This document shows positions 22,035 through 36,042 of a DNA stretch of 64,000 nucleotides, in pieces. Below the pieces are notes generated by a model. That model had not been told where the DNA came from. It searched no databases and saw only the letters and a list, made by a program, of their open reading frames with translations. The position numbers and the translations under genes were made by a program. Each line of letters begins with the position of its first letter. The stretch's first letter is position 1. This stretch comes from Lingula anatina (lineage: Eukaryota; Animalia; Brachiopoda): positions 18,476,001 to 18,540,000 of the forward strand of contig CM120646.1 in the NCBI GenBank assembly GCA_051362555.1. Direction: 5' to 3'.

Positions 22035-25000
22035 ATGCCTGAGGTAGGAGAAACACGCACCAGAGTGAAGGACTTTGGCATGGATAGAATGCTTGCCACC
22101 AAGGTAAGAGGATACAGAGTTCGTTGTTGCTTATTCTGGTTCTGATTTTCATAAGCGAAAACGGGTTTGCAGTGCATCTCAAAGTGAAATCAGACTTCAT
22201 AAAGTTCACACCCATTATTTAACTGTTAGTTGAATCAAGCATACATTTACGTATATTGTTGCTCTCCTTTACTTCTTACATTAAAAACGGGTTCCGTACA
22301 TTGCAACAGCTTTTCAAATTCATTTTCTGATGTCACACTTAAACATGACCTGTAAAAGAAACGCAAAGTACATTTTTCGCTTGAAACTGTGCATCTGCCA
22401 TCTTGTTAAAATTGTCAGTTTTTTCATCACCTGTTGAATACAATACAGGGTCAATATCCGCCATCAATCAAAATAACATTAACTTACGAATTAAATACAA
22501 ATATTAATTTATTTATAAAATGGAAAAAATAAAACTATCCAAAATGACTTATGATAAGGTTTTCGCTCAGCCTTTTACATCGCCATACAAGAGCATAGAA
22601 TCCTCCACATAGCCGCAAAACTCCGGAAGTTATCGGTTATTGCTAAAAATAGGCACGGGTTTGCTGGTCTCGGCTGGTGGTATCCCTTTCAACGGGTAAC
22701 AAGATTACGCCGCTTTAAACAACCGGCGTTTATATAAGGCCAGGTGATGAGTATCCTGACGGATAAACCAATTAGTGGGCAGTAATATTTTGAAATATTT
22801 GATAATTTAGCTGTGTATTAATCAAAAATACCTTAATATAGATTGAAAGGTGGGGAGTACAGTGGGCTATCTATTCTTGATCTTTGTTCTAGGTGTGTTC
22901 AGTAACAATGACTTTGTGTAATTGTTCCCTTCTTTCTTTTTTTATTTGTGTTTTTTAGATAAGCAAATGTAGATACGCCGGGACTAAATTGCTATAATGA
23001 CACAAAAGTCCTGAACTTTTTCTTAAATTAAGTGAATGGATGGGAATCAGATTTAAAAAAAAATCTTTCAAATATGATGACAAAAATAATTTTTGTTTGC
23101 GAAATGAAAATAATAGGTACTTCCATTTTAAACATAACCGACGTAGTTTCCTAATATATCCCCTATATTAGGAAAAGATAAAGGATAGGTGACTTAGCAT
23201 TCGAATATTTACAAACACGCACGCCCCCACAAACATGGCACATAGTAAAGGAGAAGATGTCATCTCAAGGTAGTTCTGGCAGCAGCATTTTTGTCGGAAG
23301 AAAGAAAAAATACCGACAGCCGGCAAAACGGATATTTTAATGCTTATTTTACGAAAAACGTTAAAGCGGTATCTCAAAGTTCATTGCTGTCATCTGTAAA
23401 ACTGAATTATCTAAATTCTATTAGCGCCTGCCAAAAACTTGGGAAAGCAAACATATGGTGTGTTTTTGTAACCTGTAAGGCAAATGAATATCGTCTGAAA
23501 AGGTTAAGGGTTTCACGAAAAGGGATGTTCAGCTTGATGTTTATCTCATTTTTAGTTTACTTCGATATTTAAAAAGTTCTTCTGTTCCTACAAATTCATA
23601 TTACAACCTCTTATGATAAATATAGTTTTGAATATGGCTCGTTTTATGAAAAAAAAAATCGTTCCCAGACAAACCTAAGTGAATTTAAGATGGATTTTCT
23701 TTTTATTTTCCTTTTCTCTCCCTATTTATAGTAATTTAAATAACGAAGTTCCATTCACTTACTGTTGTTACCTGCTGTAGCATTGATTAATAACGGAAAA
23801 TGATCTTACGATTTAGGGTCCCGAACACATGGTTAAAGCGGACGTGAGTACATAAAGGACAGGAGTCCTGGTGGGACATGCCCCCCCCAATATTGTACAC
23901 CCACCAAAACCGGGACACTATACACCTGCACTGTTCTTCATACTTGACAAATTTACAGTGTCCAGTCCCTAAAGAATATATCACCACCATCTTGTAGAGT
24001 CTCTCCGTTCTATCTTTCATTTTTTCATCAGTTTATTTTAACCTCTTTTTTATGTTGATGCATAACTTTAAATAATGCATCCGGTGATCCTCCCCGAAAA
24101 TGTGATGTAACTTGACTAATTGACAATAGATGTCTCTGTAGGAAATTTGCCCTGGGGTATCCAATCCGACACACCGAAAACCAACACACTGTCATACCTA
24201 ACACATTTAACTGAAGCATTCATTGGTTTCGCATACCTTGAAACATTTTTCGTTTATCACGTATTTACTAAACTCTAATAATCAGACCCCCCTCTAAGTG
24301 AAATGTTTTTCCATTTATAAAATGTCTTCCTATATGTCCCTATCAAATCAGCTCTGTTATCCTACGTGACTATCTCTGAACTATATACATTTTCCTGTAT
24401 TAATGTTGTGATTCAGGAGCATGGACTGCCTAAGAAGGGGGTAAGTAATCAGGCGGACTCCCCTACCACTCGATTTTCATCTTCCTTTTTCTCTGGAATG
24501 ATCCAAAGGATGATTCTAGCAACATTGTTCTTTCCACTCTGTTCCCTTCTTTGAACAACAGTGAGCGTATTTGACATTTTTTCACTTTTCAAGCTGCCCT
24601 GTGTTAGTAGTCTAGATGCCTGTCCCCATTTGTTGAACAATAGCTTAAGTTTGTATTCATCTCCACAGTAGAACCTCTAGAACATCTAGTAGCAAGCTTT
24701 TGTATCATCCGCCATCCATATAGCAATATTTTCTCTTTTCTTAGCACAAACCCTTCGGATGTGGTTTGTCTTGACACGATGCGCCCTCTTTATGTACCAT
24801 ACGGGTTACTGCCTAGCACGACCCTGGTAGCACACCTGGCAAATCGCTTCATAGAGTAGCGCAATTGTTGTTTCCTATATGCTTTCTAAACTGTAAACGT
24901 GGACAGATAAGATGTGCTTATGTTGTCGAATATTTTATTTGATCATAAATGTTTATGTCATATATTAAATGTAACTGATTTACATGAAATATATATGTGT

Positions 25001-25780
25001 GTTTCATATGTGATATAGTTTTATTATTTGTCTATAATGTTTGTTAGTCAGTTTTTTTTTCAGACTGAATATCAATTCTAGGTTCGTATATAATTAAGCG
25101 CAACGCATTTGCCAACAGGGTTGCTCTTTGCGTTTTTTTTTTAGTCAGATTAAAAAGTAGATCTAGGCTTTTATATAAATCCCCCATATTATGTGTACAG
25201 TAGGCTGCTGCATATGAGGCTCTACTTCTGTGCTTTAAGTTGATGCGTAGGTATACCTGGAAAAAACTTAATGCATTTTATGAGCTACTGGTCTTTGCAT
25301 TTCAGCATTCCATCATATCCCAAAGGAGTATCGGATATGACAGCTGGCCCTCTTGCTCGATTAAGAAGTAATAGGGCTATTTATTTAGCTACCGGTGGCA
25401 CGCGCCAGCCGGTAAATGCTCGTGCAAGCTGCGGGTGTTATGTTACCTAGATTAAGTTTTATTGCACGGTCGTTACATTGAGTAGGTCCCCTCCATATAC
25501 TGAATACGTTAAGTGTATGGGTACATGGCGCTATGCAGTGCGTTGTCAATCACTTCTTATTACAGATATACAATTTCCCCATCGTATCGGCAATAACATC
25601 TCTGATATATACCGGTATATAATACGTTTTCATCATACACATCTCCATCGGTTTTTGTGTGCAAAAGGCTTTAAAGTGTTGGGCGGTTTTCATTAGGTTG
25701 TTCAAACATCTTATTAAGTAGGGACATTAAACGGGTCTTTGGTTCTTTCAGTATACCCAGTCAAAGCCGATAATTAGTTT

Positions 25781-25819
<39 letters not shown>

Positions 25820-27182
25820 CTTACTACGTGTCTCCCTTTAGCACACGACTGGGCTTTATCTTATGTAGACTCTGGACGAAAGGTTTAGTTCAGCGAGCTC
25901 CCAAACTCAATTACTCTGCTATTTGATTACCAGAGAAACCGCAGCGGTTCTCCTGGCTATAAATGGTGCACAGGATTTACGTAGCCTCTGGCACGGTCTC
26001 AAGCAGACTATACAAAATTGCATCTAAAATCAATGGCATTTCCCCTGTTATGTTACCAAAAGAAGGGCAATATTTATGCTAGTAGATTATCTTATCATGT
26101 TCATAAAGCTGTGTTTGATTATATGACATTAAGTGATTGAATAAGGGCGTTTTTAAATGCTCGGAAAATGGAGAGGCAATGTGTCAGTGACTGGCAGATG
26201 TATACTCTGTGCAGTGCGCAACGAAGCATATGACGGTGTCTAGGAGCAAATTTATTGCCGAGTTGCACGTCCAGATCTTTGCCGGAACTAATACACTTAA
26301 CAAGTGAACAGGTACGTGTTGGAAGGCAAGTCTGAAGCACAGATTGTCTGTAATTGACTTGAGAAATTTCACAACCAAGTTGGCTGTTGAGTGAAGCGAG
26401 TGACGTGACAGCTTATGTGAAGCGCACCCTTCACCCAAGTTCGTGAGGAGGCATCCGTTGAGTAATGCTCTTACCAATGACATATTTCAGCAAATTATTT
26501 GAGTTGCGAACCATTTGTGAACTAGCAACATGTTATCTTGGCCAATTCAAGTAACCAGTTTCCTCCACACACCCCTTCCAAAATATAATGAAACACTCAA
26601 GCGTTCGTTATTATGCAAGATATTGCTGTTAGATTATCGTGTTCCGTTTTTCCTTTTTTAAAAATTATATATCTGGGCCCACTGAAGTTTTTGATGTAAA
26701 TAGGGCATATTGCCCCCCTCAACCCCCCCCCCCAACCCCGGAGTCCGGCTTGGTTTTCTGTAGCCGATCCATTTCCATTTGTGGAACATCTCTGCAACAT
26801 ACGTGCTGAATTTAGTAATCTTTTTCTTGGGCCTCTTTCAGATACAGGAAAGGTGCTATGACATTTGAAAAATTGAACTAATTAATATTCTGAATCTCTT
26901 TTTTTAAGGTTGTTGGCAAATAAAGCACTGTTTGTACATGATGCCCGAATATTTGTATACGTAGCATTTTGGGTGACAAAATTAACCGCATCTTTGAAGA
27001 ATTTTGAATTTTGAAGTTGTTGTATTTTGTGTCTGTGTAGATCCATGGCAGATATGACAGCAGAGTGGAGGCAGAAGTCCTTGGCTTCATCAAGGCTAAC
27101 ACAGGGGAATCTGTAGAGCCGGGCTCAGAAACTTTCTTCAAAACGCTCAGGGACGGCAAAATCCTTTTGATGTGAGTAAAAG

Positions 27183-27238
<56 letters not shown>

Positions 27239-28760
27239 TTTTGCAAAAGCACTTTTTGGTTTAATTTCTTTCTTTAATGATCATTCTAAGAAAATTTCTT
27301 TCGCTATAACTTTGTATTTCTGACCTGCAATTGTTTTAATAGAAATGCGTTTGGATGTTAAAGAAACAGAAATTAATTGTAAGTGGTCAGATGCTGCATT
27401 AACTAGAAGAAGAAGTATGTTTCCTAAGAATTAGATCGGGGGATGCAATTGCCATCCTACTATCGCTTTTTGAAATGTAAGAAACATCATTGTTTAAAAA
27501 AGTGCATTGTACGTAAATAGGAAACATTCATGAACCAAAGACATGTAAATATGAATGTGAACCAGCATGGTATGATATTTCTCTCTATTTCAGGCTAGCC
27601 AACAAAATCCGCGATGGAACTCCCAACTGCCCCGAGGCTGCCCAGAACCTCGACCTCAAAATCAACGAGCAAGAAATCGCTTTCAAACAGGTGCGTTAAG
27701 CCGGGTGTGCATTTTAACAAGTTTTCCATTGTGTCGACATAACACCTAACACATTCCTGGTCCCTTGTTAATCGTGTTGACATCAGACGAAAATGTTCAT
27801 TTTATTTAGTCAAATATAGGTATAGTGCAGTGTAGTGCTTTATTGTATTGTATTGGATTGTATTGGATTGGATTGGATTGACTGGTAATGATATATTTGT
27901 CTCAGACATAAGGTAACATGGCAACTTAAAATTGCAGATGGAAAACATCGAGAAATTCTTGAAGTTCTGCCGTGCATATGGTGTATCCAAGGTCAGCTGC
28001 TTCCCCACCGTGGACTTGTTCGAAGCTAGAAACCTCCCCAACGTCATGTCAACTCTGCAACTCCTGGGGTCTGAGGTAAGAGGCGTCTTGGAAAGTTATA
28101 AAAACGATTTAATTGCAGAGATAGAGCACGATATTACAGAAGTTGTTGCTGTACTGCCAACTGTCTTATTTTTCTACGAAATTTGGCCATCTTAGTGATA
28201 GCGCACATCAAGTCTTTTTAATGTTTAGAGAGCGACTTATACACAAAGTTTGTAAATGGGTTTCGTGTATGGTTATTTGTCTCATTGCTTGCGATGGCTT
28301 GTAACCAGTTACCACTGATAACTTTGACAAACTCTAGATTTGTAATTTTTGGGAATAAATTATGTCACTCATCAGTAAACAGTTTAGATTGTCACCTGAT
28401 ACGGTACCTGTACATTCGACTCAGTGATATTTACTGTTAATATTTAATTATCGTCGATCAATATGGGAAACACAGAAAATAACAAGTGCTTTTAAACGTA
28501 TTTAGTGCTGAACAGTAATGTTCACCGAGATCTGAATTATACGCCTCACTCGTGTAACATTCCCCCCTTCAGTGCCAACGCCACGGCTTCAGTGGCGCCA
28601 CCTGCGGACCCAAACCCACCGAACGCCACGAAACCAACTTCAGTGAGGAGACCCTGAGGGCCGGCCACGGACTGATTGGTCTGCAGTACGGAACCAACAA
28701 GCTCGCTTCCCAGAGAGGAATGACCAGCATGGGCGCTGTTAGGCACATCGCCGACATTAG
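22035..28760 (+). CDS. Calponin-family gene: five shared exons (CH domain + first calponin repeat)
   Basis: Exons 22035-22103 (MPEVGETRTRVKDFGMDRMLATK), 27041-27171 (IHGRYDSRVEAEVLGFI..FFKTLRDGKILLM), 27594-27690 (LANKI..AFKQ), 27938-28075 (MENIEKFLKFCRAYGV..FPTVDLFEARNLPNV), 28573-28760 (GPKPTERHETNFSEETLRAGHGLIGLQYGTNKLASQRGM..IADIR). All GT-AG and in frame; ends with phase-2 donor AG|GTAGGC. Confidence 0.92.
22643..22652. promoter_or_regulatory. MEF2 consensus site in calponin intron 1
   Basis: CTAAAAATAG matches YTAWWWWTAR; a second match, CTATTTATAG, is at 23722-23731. Confidence 0.35.
27184..27241. repeat. (TTTA)n microsatellite
   Basis: Direct reading, just after calponin exon 2. Confidence 0.9.
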
Positions 28761-31736
28761 GTAGGCCGCTGATGGCTTTTTCATTTGCTTTGTCTTAAAT
28801 ATGGCGGAGAATGAACCACTGTTTATCCTCGACCTCCATACTTAACGCTGTACTGTACGTTAGCCAAATTTACTACATGTATTTCTGAAAGTCTTTCGTT
28901 TTATAAGTTAAGAACCAATTGGTTGTTTTCATTAAAACACTAACGTATCTCCGATAGTACCAGGTTACCTAATAACAGTACTTATAGAAGCAGCGTTATC
29001 TGTCAGATGTCGAGGGCATTGGTTCATGTTAACTGGATACGTATAGCTGAAATAGCTGTGCAGCAGTCTTGCATTGACGCTCTTGTGTATTTGGTACACA
29101 TACACACCAAATATACCACAGACAAATACATTAAAAAACACCAAACACATAATTGTTATCAGTCCTAACTCATAAAGTTTAGGGTGATGTTATTATTTTT
29201 TATCGCCGTACAACGGATTAAAGGGTTTGTTCAAGTTTTGAGTTGTAAAGCTCAAGTGAAATGAGTTGGATTTTTATACAAAGTACAAAATGTGTTCCGG
29301 GATCTGATGTACTATTGCTGTAGCGGACGCCTATACTCTGGACCGTGCATTTAGCTGTAGCAGTTCGATGGCTGGGAATGAAGGAAGGTAGGTAAATGAT
29401 GTTTATAAAAACCACGGTGACTTTCCATGGGAACACAACCTATGTAAAGGCTCCTGCGTCCTGTGAGTCTTCATCCAGACTGTCTTTGTAGGGTTAACGG
29501 TTTGGCACATAAACCTAAAACATCGTTTTGCCATGCAGCCTGATTTTATGATAAGTTGGCAGCGAAATGGCATCCGTTTTTCTTTCATTGGTGTCCCATA
29601 CCAACTGACTATTCAAACGACATCTGGATGATAGACTAGTGCTTGGTGTAAGAGAATTCACTTAATTATTTACACGTGAATCTTATCAAAATTGACGATT
29701 TTTCATTTAGATACGAGGATAAATTTATCTCCTACTCCAAGCACGATATCTGTATTTAATGACTCTTGGAAACACGTTATGACGTAATGTAATATGCCTT
29801 CATTGTCTTTTAATGGGAAAAAATCCCTTGTCATAAGACGACTGAGTTTGAATATCCTATTTCTGATCAACACCCATCAATTCTGTCTTTTGTATGATAT
29901 CTAAATGACCATATAACCTAAACCCTCTGATACTGAAAAATACCCACGTTTTGAAGTGGAAAATTGAAACCGACGTTTCCGTCGTAATAAAATATCATTA
30001 TTTTCTATTACGACCTATGCTTCTTGAAATCACTATGTACTATTACCTCTTTTAATGCATTAAATGAAAAACAAATATTGACCCTTGATCATACAACAAG
30101 TGTTTCCTTCGGTCTGAACTTTTTGTTGCCCGTATGCCGAGATCACTCTTCTCTAATTTTCTAAGATCAATAAATGTATGAAATTTATTCGAGGTTACCA
30201 TCTATCACCGGCTTGTGCAAATATTGCATTAATTTCTTGACCAAGTCATTTGAAATGACAGTCAGTTGAGCGGTTAAAAATGACAAAAAAACCAAACTAG
30301 ACGAGTGATCTCAGTTATTGCTATGTATTTGTCCTAGTATTTTCATTCAGACTCGCGTGCCACACCCAATAGATCCACAAAGGGCCTAGTAATGGTTTTC
30401 GTAATATCTGTTTTGGTTGGTGAAATATTGACCTGGGATGGGTTCTTGATCGTTGTTTACCAACTAAAAAAAAATAAGAAAAATAAGAAAAAACTTTTTT
30501 ATCTGATTCTTTTCGACATTCATCAGTATTCTGCTCCCTCCTTTTTCCATTATATTTTTGTTTTCGTATACCGATTTATGTTTGTCCTGTCACTATAAGT
30601 GTTTTTTGTATCCTTTTTACGTCTTTTCTCTTCGTCTTCTCGATATCTTGCATCTCTCTGCTATTTTGCAACTAAATTATACCTGTCATTTTTTTTATTT
30701 TTTTCAATGTTTAACATCTTCGAATTCTTTACTTTTGCTTTCGCCGTATATCGCTATAACATATATCTTGCTAATGCCTCCTCTATTCTAAAATAATGCT
30801 CTTCTTCTATGTTGTTTAATTCTTCGTTCTCTGTGTACTCGTTCGAAATACACGTTATTTGTTCATGTGTTAAAATGGGTTGATAGGGTAAAAATTGATA
30901 CTTGGGGATGGAAATCGATGACCTTGCTAAGCCCGAGAGTTGCCCACTTTCTCTTTTCTTATACTCGGCGTGTTCAATGCAGGGTGGCATGCGAACCTGA
31001 GTGAGCTACCGTAGAATCTCGACACTGAGTCACCTGATACCGAGATTTCCCGATATTTGTGATTGTTTTATCATGCTTTTCCAATTTTGCCTTGTGTGCC
31101 TTAATAACCTAATACAATGAAGTGAAACAGCTGATATTTTAAAAACAATACGCTGTATACACATATGATGGTTAGACAGCATTTTGTCAAGATTTACCCA
31201 CCGTATTTCGCTCAGTAAAAGCTATGCAATGGGCGCTATCACGTTTACTGCCTTAAGGTATTGGGATCGTAGATTCTACGGTAGCTGAAGTAATCGGTCA
31301 GATTCATCAATCCGGATCGGACACGGGCGTATGGTGGGTAAAATCTTGACACACTGTTGCAAGAACATAATCTTTATTCAAACCAGGTAAATTCAGTGCC
31401 AACATCATACCTCTCAACAATCTCTTGACACCCACTCTTTACCACACTTCAACATTTATAAACGACTGAAATCGATACCAGCTAACTGCTGTTGCTACCT
31501 AATGACCTTTTTATCAAACATTCCAACCAATGGAAAAGCATGGTGAATCGTCATTTTTTCACTCATTTGAAATTATTAGTCAGATCATCTTGATATAATT
31601 TGTAAGTGTTTTGACACCTGATAAATAAATTTGATTTTTCATGATTAATACATTAACCTCTTCCTTGGATATTTCATACATAATCCATTTTGTGTGATTG
31701 AAAATATTATTAAACCTAATAATAATTCATTTCTAG

Positions 31737-34098
31737 GGCTGATAACATGGAAGATAGGGCCACCATTGGCCTACAGATGGGTTCCAACAGATTTGCATCA
31801 CAGAAAGGTATGACGTCCATGGGAGCCGTCCGCCATATTGCTGATATTCGAGCAGACGACCAAGTTGACAACGCAACTATTGGTGGTCAGATGGGTTCTA
31901 ACAGGTTTGAAAGTCAGAAAGGTATGACATCCATGGGGGCTGTCCGTCACGTCTCTGATATCAAGAGTGACGATATGGTTGACAATGCCACCATCGGGCT
32001 ACAAATGGGATCGAACCGTTTTGCTTCTCAAAAGGGAATGACTTCCATGGGAGCTGTCCGCCATGTTGCTGACATCCGTGCCGATGACATGGAAGATCAG
32101 AGTACAATTGGCATTCAGATGGGAAGCAACAAATTTGCATCCCAAAAAGGCATGACGACCATGGGTGCTGTCCGCCATATTGCTGATATTAGGGCTGACC
32201 AGTTTGAGGACAAAGCAACCATTGGTGCTCAGATGGGAACTAACAGGTTTGACTCACAAAAGGGCATGAGAGGTTATGGTGCAGTTAGACACGGTGCCGA
32301 CGTCGGTGCCACCGATGATATGGTCGACAAGTCCACCATTAGCGTACAAATGGGAACGAACAAGTTTGAGTCACAGAAAGGCATGACGTCTATGGGGGCC
32401 GTTCGTCACATTGCTGATATCAGAGCAGATCAGTTCGAAGATAAGTCCACTATCGGCGCTCAGATGGGCTCTAATAAATTTGACTCGCAGAAGGGCACTC
32501 GCGGGTACGGCGCTGTTCGCCACGGAGCTGACGTAGGGGCTAAAGATGAGATGGTTGACAAATCAACCATTGGTATCCAGATGGGAACAAATAAGTATGA
32601 TTCCCAGAAAGGCATGACATCCATGGGCGCCGTCCGCCATATTGCTGATATTAGAGCAGACGACATGGAAGACAGGTCCACAATTGGCGCTCAGATGGGA
32701 TCAAATCGATTCGAATCGCAGAAAGGCATGAGGGGTTATGGTGCTGTTCGCCACGGGGCTGATGTAGGAGCAGATGATGAAATGGTTGACAAATCAACCA
32801 TTGGTATACAAATGGGCTCCAACAAGTATGAATCCCAAAAAGGTATGACTTCCATGGGTGCCGTCCGCCATATTGCTGATATCCGAGCAGACGACATGGA
32901 AGACAGGTCGACAATCGGTGCACAAATGGGCTCCAACAAGTTCGATTCGCAAAAGGGCACTCGTGGGTACGGCGCTGTTCGCCACGGAGCTGACGTAGGA
33001 ACTAAAGATGAGATGGTCGACAGATCAACCATTGGTATCCAGATGGGAACAAATAAGTATGATTCCCAGAAAGGCATGACATCCATGGGCGCCGTCCGTC
33101 ATATTGCTGATATCAGAGCAGACGACATGGAAGACAGGTCTACAATTGGCGCTCAGATGGGATCAAATCGATTCGAATCGCAGAAAGGCATGAGGGGTTA
33201 TGGTGCTGTTCGCCACGGGGCTGATGTAGGAGCAGATGATGAAATGGTTGACAAATCAACCATTGGTATACAAATGGGCTCCAACAAGTATGAATCCCAG
33301 AAGGGCATGACATCCATGGGTGCTGTCCGCCATATTGCCGACATTAGAGCTGACGACATGGAAGACAGGTCCACAATCGGTGCTCAGATGGGTTCCAACA
33401 AATTCGACTCGCAAAAGGGCACTCGTGGGTACGGCGCTGTGCGCCACGGTGCTGACGTAGGGGCTAAAGATGAGATGGTCGACAAATCAACCATTGGCAT
33501 CCAGATGGGCTCCAATAAGTATGATTCTCAAAAGGGCATGACATCCATGGGTGCCGTCCGCCATATTGCTGATATCAGAGCAGATGATATGGAAGACAGG
33601 TCGACAATCGGTGCACAGATGGGTTCCAACAAGTTCGACTCGCAAAAGGGCACTCGTGGATACGGCGCTGTTCGCCACGGTGCTGACGTAGGGGCTAAAG
33701 ATGAGATGGTCGACAGATCAACCATTGGTATCCAGATGGGCTCCAATAAGTTCGATTCTCAGAAGGGTATGACTTCCATGGGTGCCGTCCGCCATATTGC
33801 TGATATCAGAGCAGACGACATGGAAGACAGATCCACCATCGGTGCCCAGATGGGTTCCAACAAATTCGACTCACAGAAAGGCATGAGAGGTTACGGCGCC
33901 GTCCGACACATTGCTGACATCAGGTCTGACGACATGGATCCTGGCTCCAAAGGCTACATCGGTCTACAAGCAGGCACTAACAAATATGATTCACAGAAAG
34001 GAATCACAGCTTTCGGTGCTCCACGTCGTCCTGCTGATATGCGTATGCCGAACCTCCTTGAGGAATACGGTTATTCTGGTGGCTCAACTGATTTTTAA
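31737..34098 (+). CDS. Calponin alternative terminal cassette A (20 repeats; isoform ~994 aa)
   Basis: Acceptor TTTCTAG|G GCT GAT, phase 2, continues IADIR-ADNMEDR. Own stop; AATAAA at 35007 followed by a GT-rich tract. Confidence 0.9.
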
Positions 34099-36042
34099 GT
34101 TATATTTAAGATTAAGAGAGAACTATGTTATACACTATTCTTCGGGCACTCAGGCTATTCATCGCCTTCAGTCTTTCAAGAAATAATGTTCATTTGTTGT
34201 CTTAACTTAGTCTGGATCTAGCGCGTTAGCAAGCTTGTTTTTTATTTCTATGAACTTCAACATCTTGCCCAATTTTTCGAAAATTGAACAATGTAAGTTA
34301 CTTTCAAAACAGATGATTTTTCATGACTCTGATAAGCTAATTCTAGGGTATTATTCAAACCATTAACGTTTTCTTTAAGCATCACAATGTGTATAAAACC
34401 GGAGGGTCATAATACGAAATTTATTTTTTTTATGCAAAAATGTTGTAAATTATTTGGCTTTTTTGCTTAATGTATATTTTTTGTTTTTCTTCTGTTCACG
34501 TATTTGATATCGCACTTTCATAACGTATTTGTCTCACCCTCCATTGTAACCCGAATAATATTGCACTGTTCATTAACACTATATGAATACATCTTGGATC
34601 AAATTTGATATTACATATTGAATACTTATTCATTAAAATTATTAACAAGTTGCGACCTTTTGTTACTGACCACATTTTGTTAGTTATGGGACGCCCCTTT
34701 GTTATTATACGCTTAACGAAAGCTGCACATAGCACCTGTACAACATTATTATTTTCATTATCTTAATACTGAGTGTTCAATCTATAAAGGTAAATATATC
34801 GAAATTCAATTTATACTGCTAAAGAAATGTGATGACGGGCTTTTTGTATTTCGACTGCTTGCTGTACATGTTTGCGATATAAATGGAAAGCAACGGACAA
34901 TGTAAGGTTTGAGGACATTGAATTTGGATGGTGAAAGTCAGGTAAGGCACTGTAGTCCCTAAAGGCAAAAAGCAGATAAGAAATTAATTTTTACATATTG
35001 TTGCTCAATAAAAAATTAAAAAGCAAGTCTCTTGCGTTTGTTGTTTATTGACACATTCCATAGGAGCAGCAATTCAAACAGCTGAAATCGTTTAAATTTA
35101 ATGCAAATTTTCTCAATGTAGATATGTGTCACCAGCTACATTGTATGGTCAATCCGACTCCAGTTTGAAGAGCAACTCTCCGGAATATTTAAACAGTGTG
35201 AATTTGCAGGTCATTGTGTCATAGGATATACCTAAGTTTCCAATAATTATGTTTATATGTTTTAAGTATACTAGAGCAATATTGTCAGATGTTTCAAAGT
35301 ATCTAAGTAATAAAGTATGATAGCGTTGATTCCAAATGAACTTGTTAAACATCAGGTAGAACTAGGTTAAGGGTTAGTCCTTGACATCAAGGTAAAAAGA
35401 ACAGACTAACACATAAATTACGAAAGAGAGAGAAAATGGAAGGAATGAAGTAATATTGATATTGTTTCTTTTACATGAAGCTGAGAACTGATTGAATATG
35501 ATGTATATTTCCTTTAAACCTTTTTAGGTGTGACCCGTTCCCCCTTTTACTTTTAACAGTCAGAATGCATTAACGGTGGGCTTTATCCAAAAGATTCAGA
35601 CTAAGCAATTACTTTAAGGGCCTATTCTGCCGAGTGTCTCAAATAATCACCATGTAAATCTCTTTGATTGGTATTTTACTGCATGTTACTTGCACGGTGT
35701 TTTTTTAATAAGACTACTGATATGAACTCATAGTGCTACTGATATAGATTTGCTTTCCCATCTGTACCTTTGGTAAAACAAAAATGAGGGAAGACAAGAC
35801 TACAACAAAACAGTTTTACACATTTTCTTACGTTTTCATAGCTTTCTAACTGTTTACCAAATAATCTATCTCTTGCTAAAGCGTCTCTCTTTCATACCTT
35901 TTCTTCTTGCCACTTCTATCCATCTGAAAACGCTTTACGGTGTTATACTTGGGTTAAAAATTGTCCGATATGCAAAGAGAGAGTGACTTTACAAGCGGGC
36001 GGCGCGTTCGTCCGTTCACCTGTCGCCAACCCTACTTTTCAG

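Noticed and set aside
24440-24720. Stop-interrupted minus-strand frame vaguely like a death-fold fragment
   Set aside because: Similarity too weak to support by eye.
30480-30990. Lys/Glu/Arg-rich degenerate minus-strand frame, possible old TE coding remnant
   Set aside because: Multiple stops and no diagnostic motif.
31737-34098. Regular repeat array as a CRISPR-like structure
   Set aside because: Eukaryotic context; units are protein-coding with third-position variation and no unique spacers.
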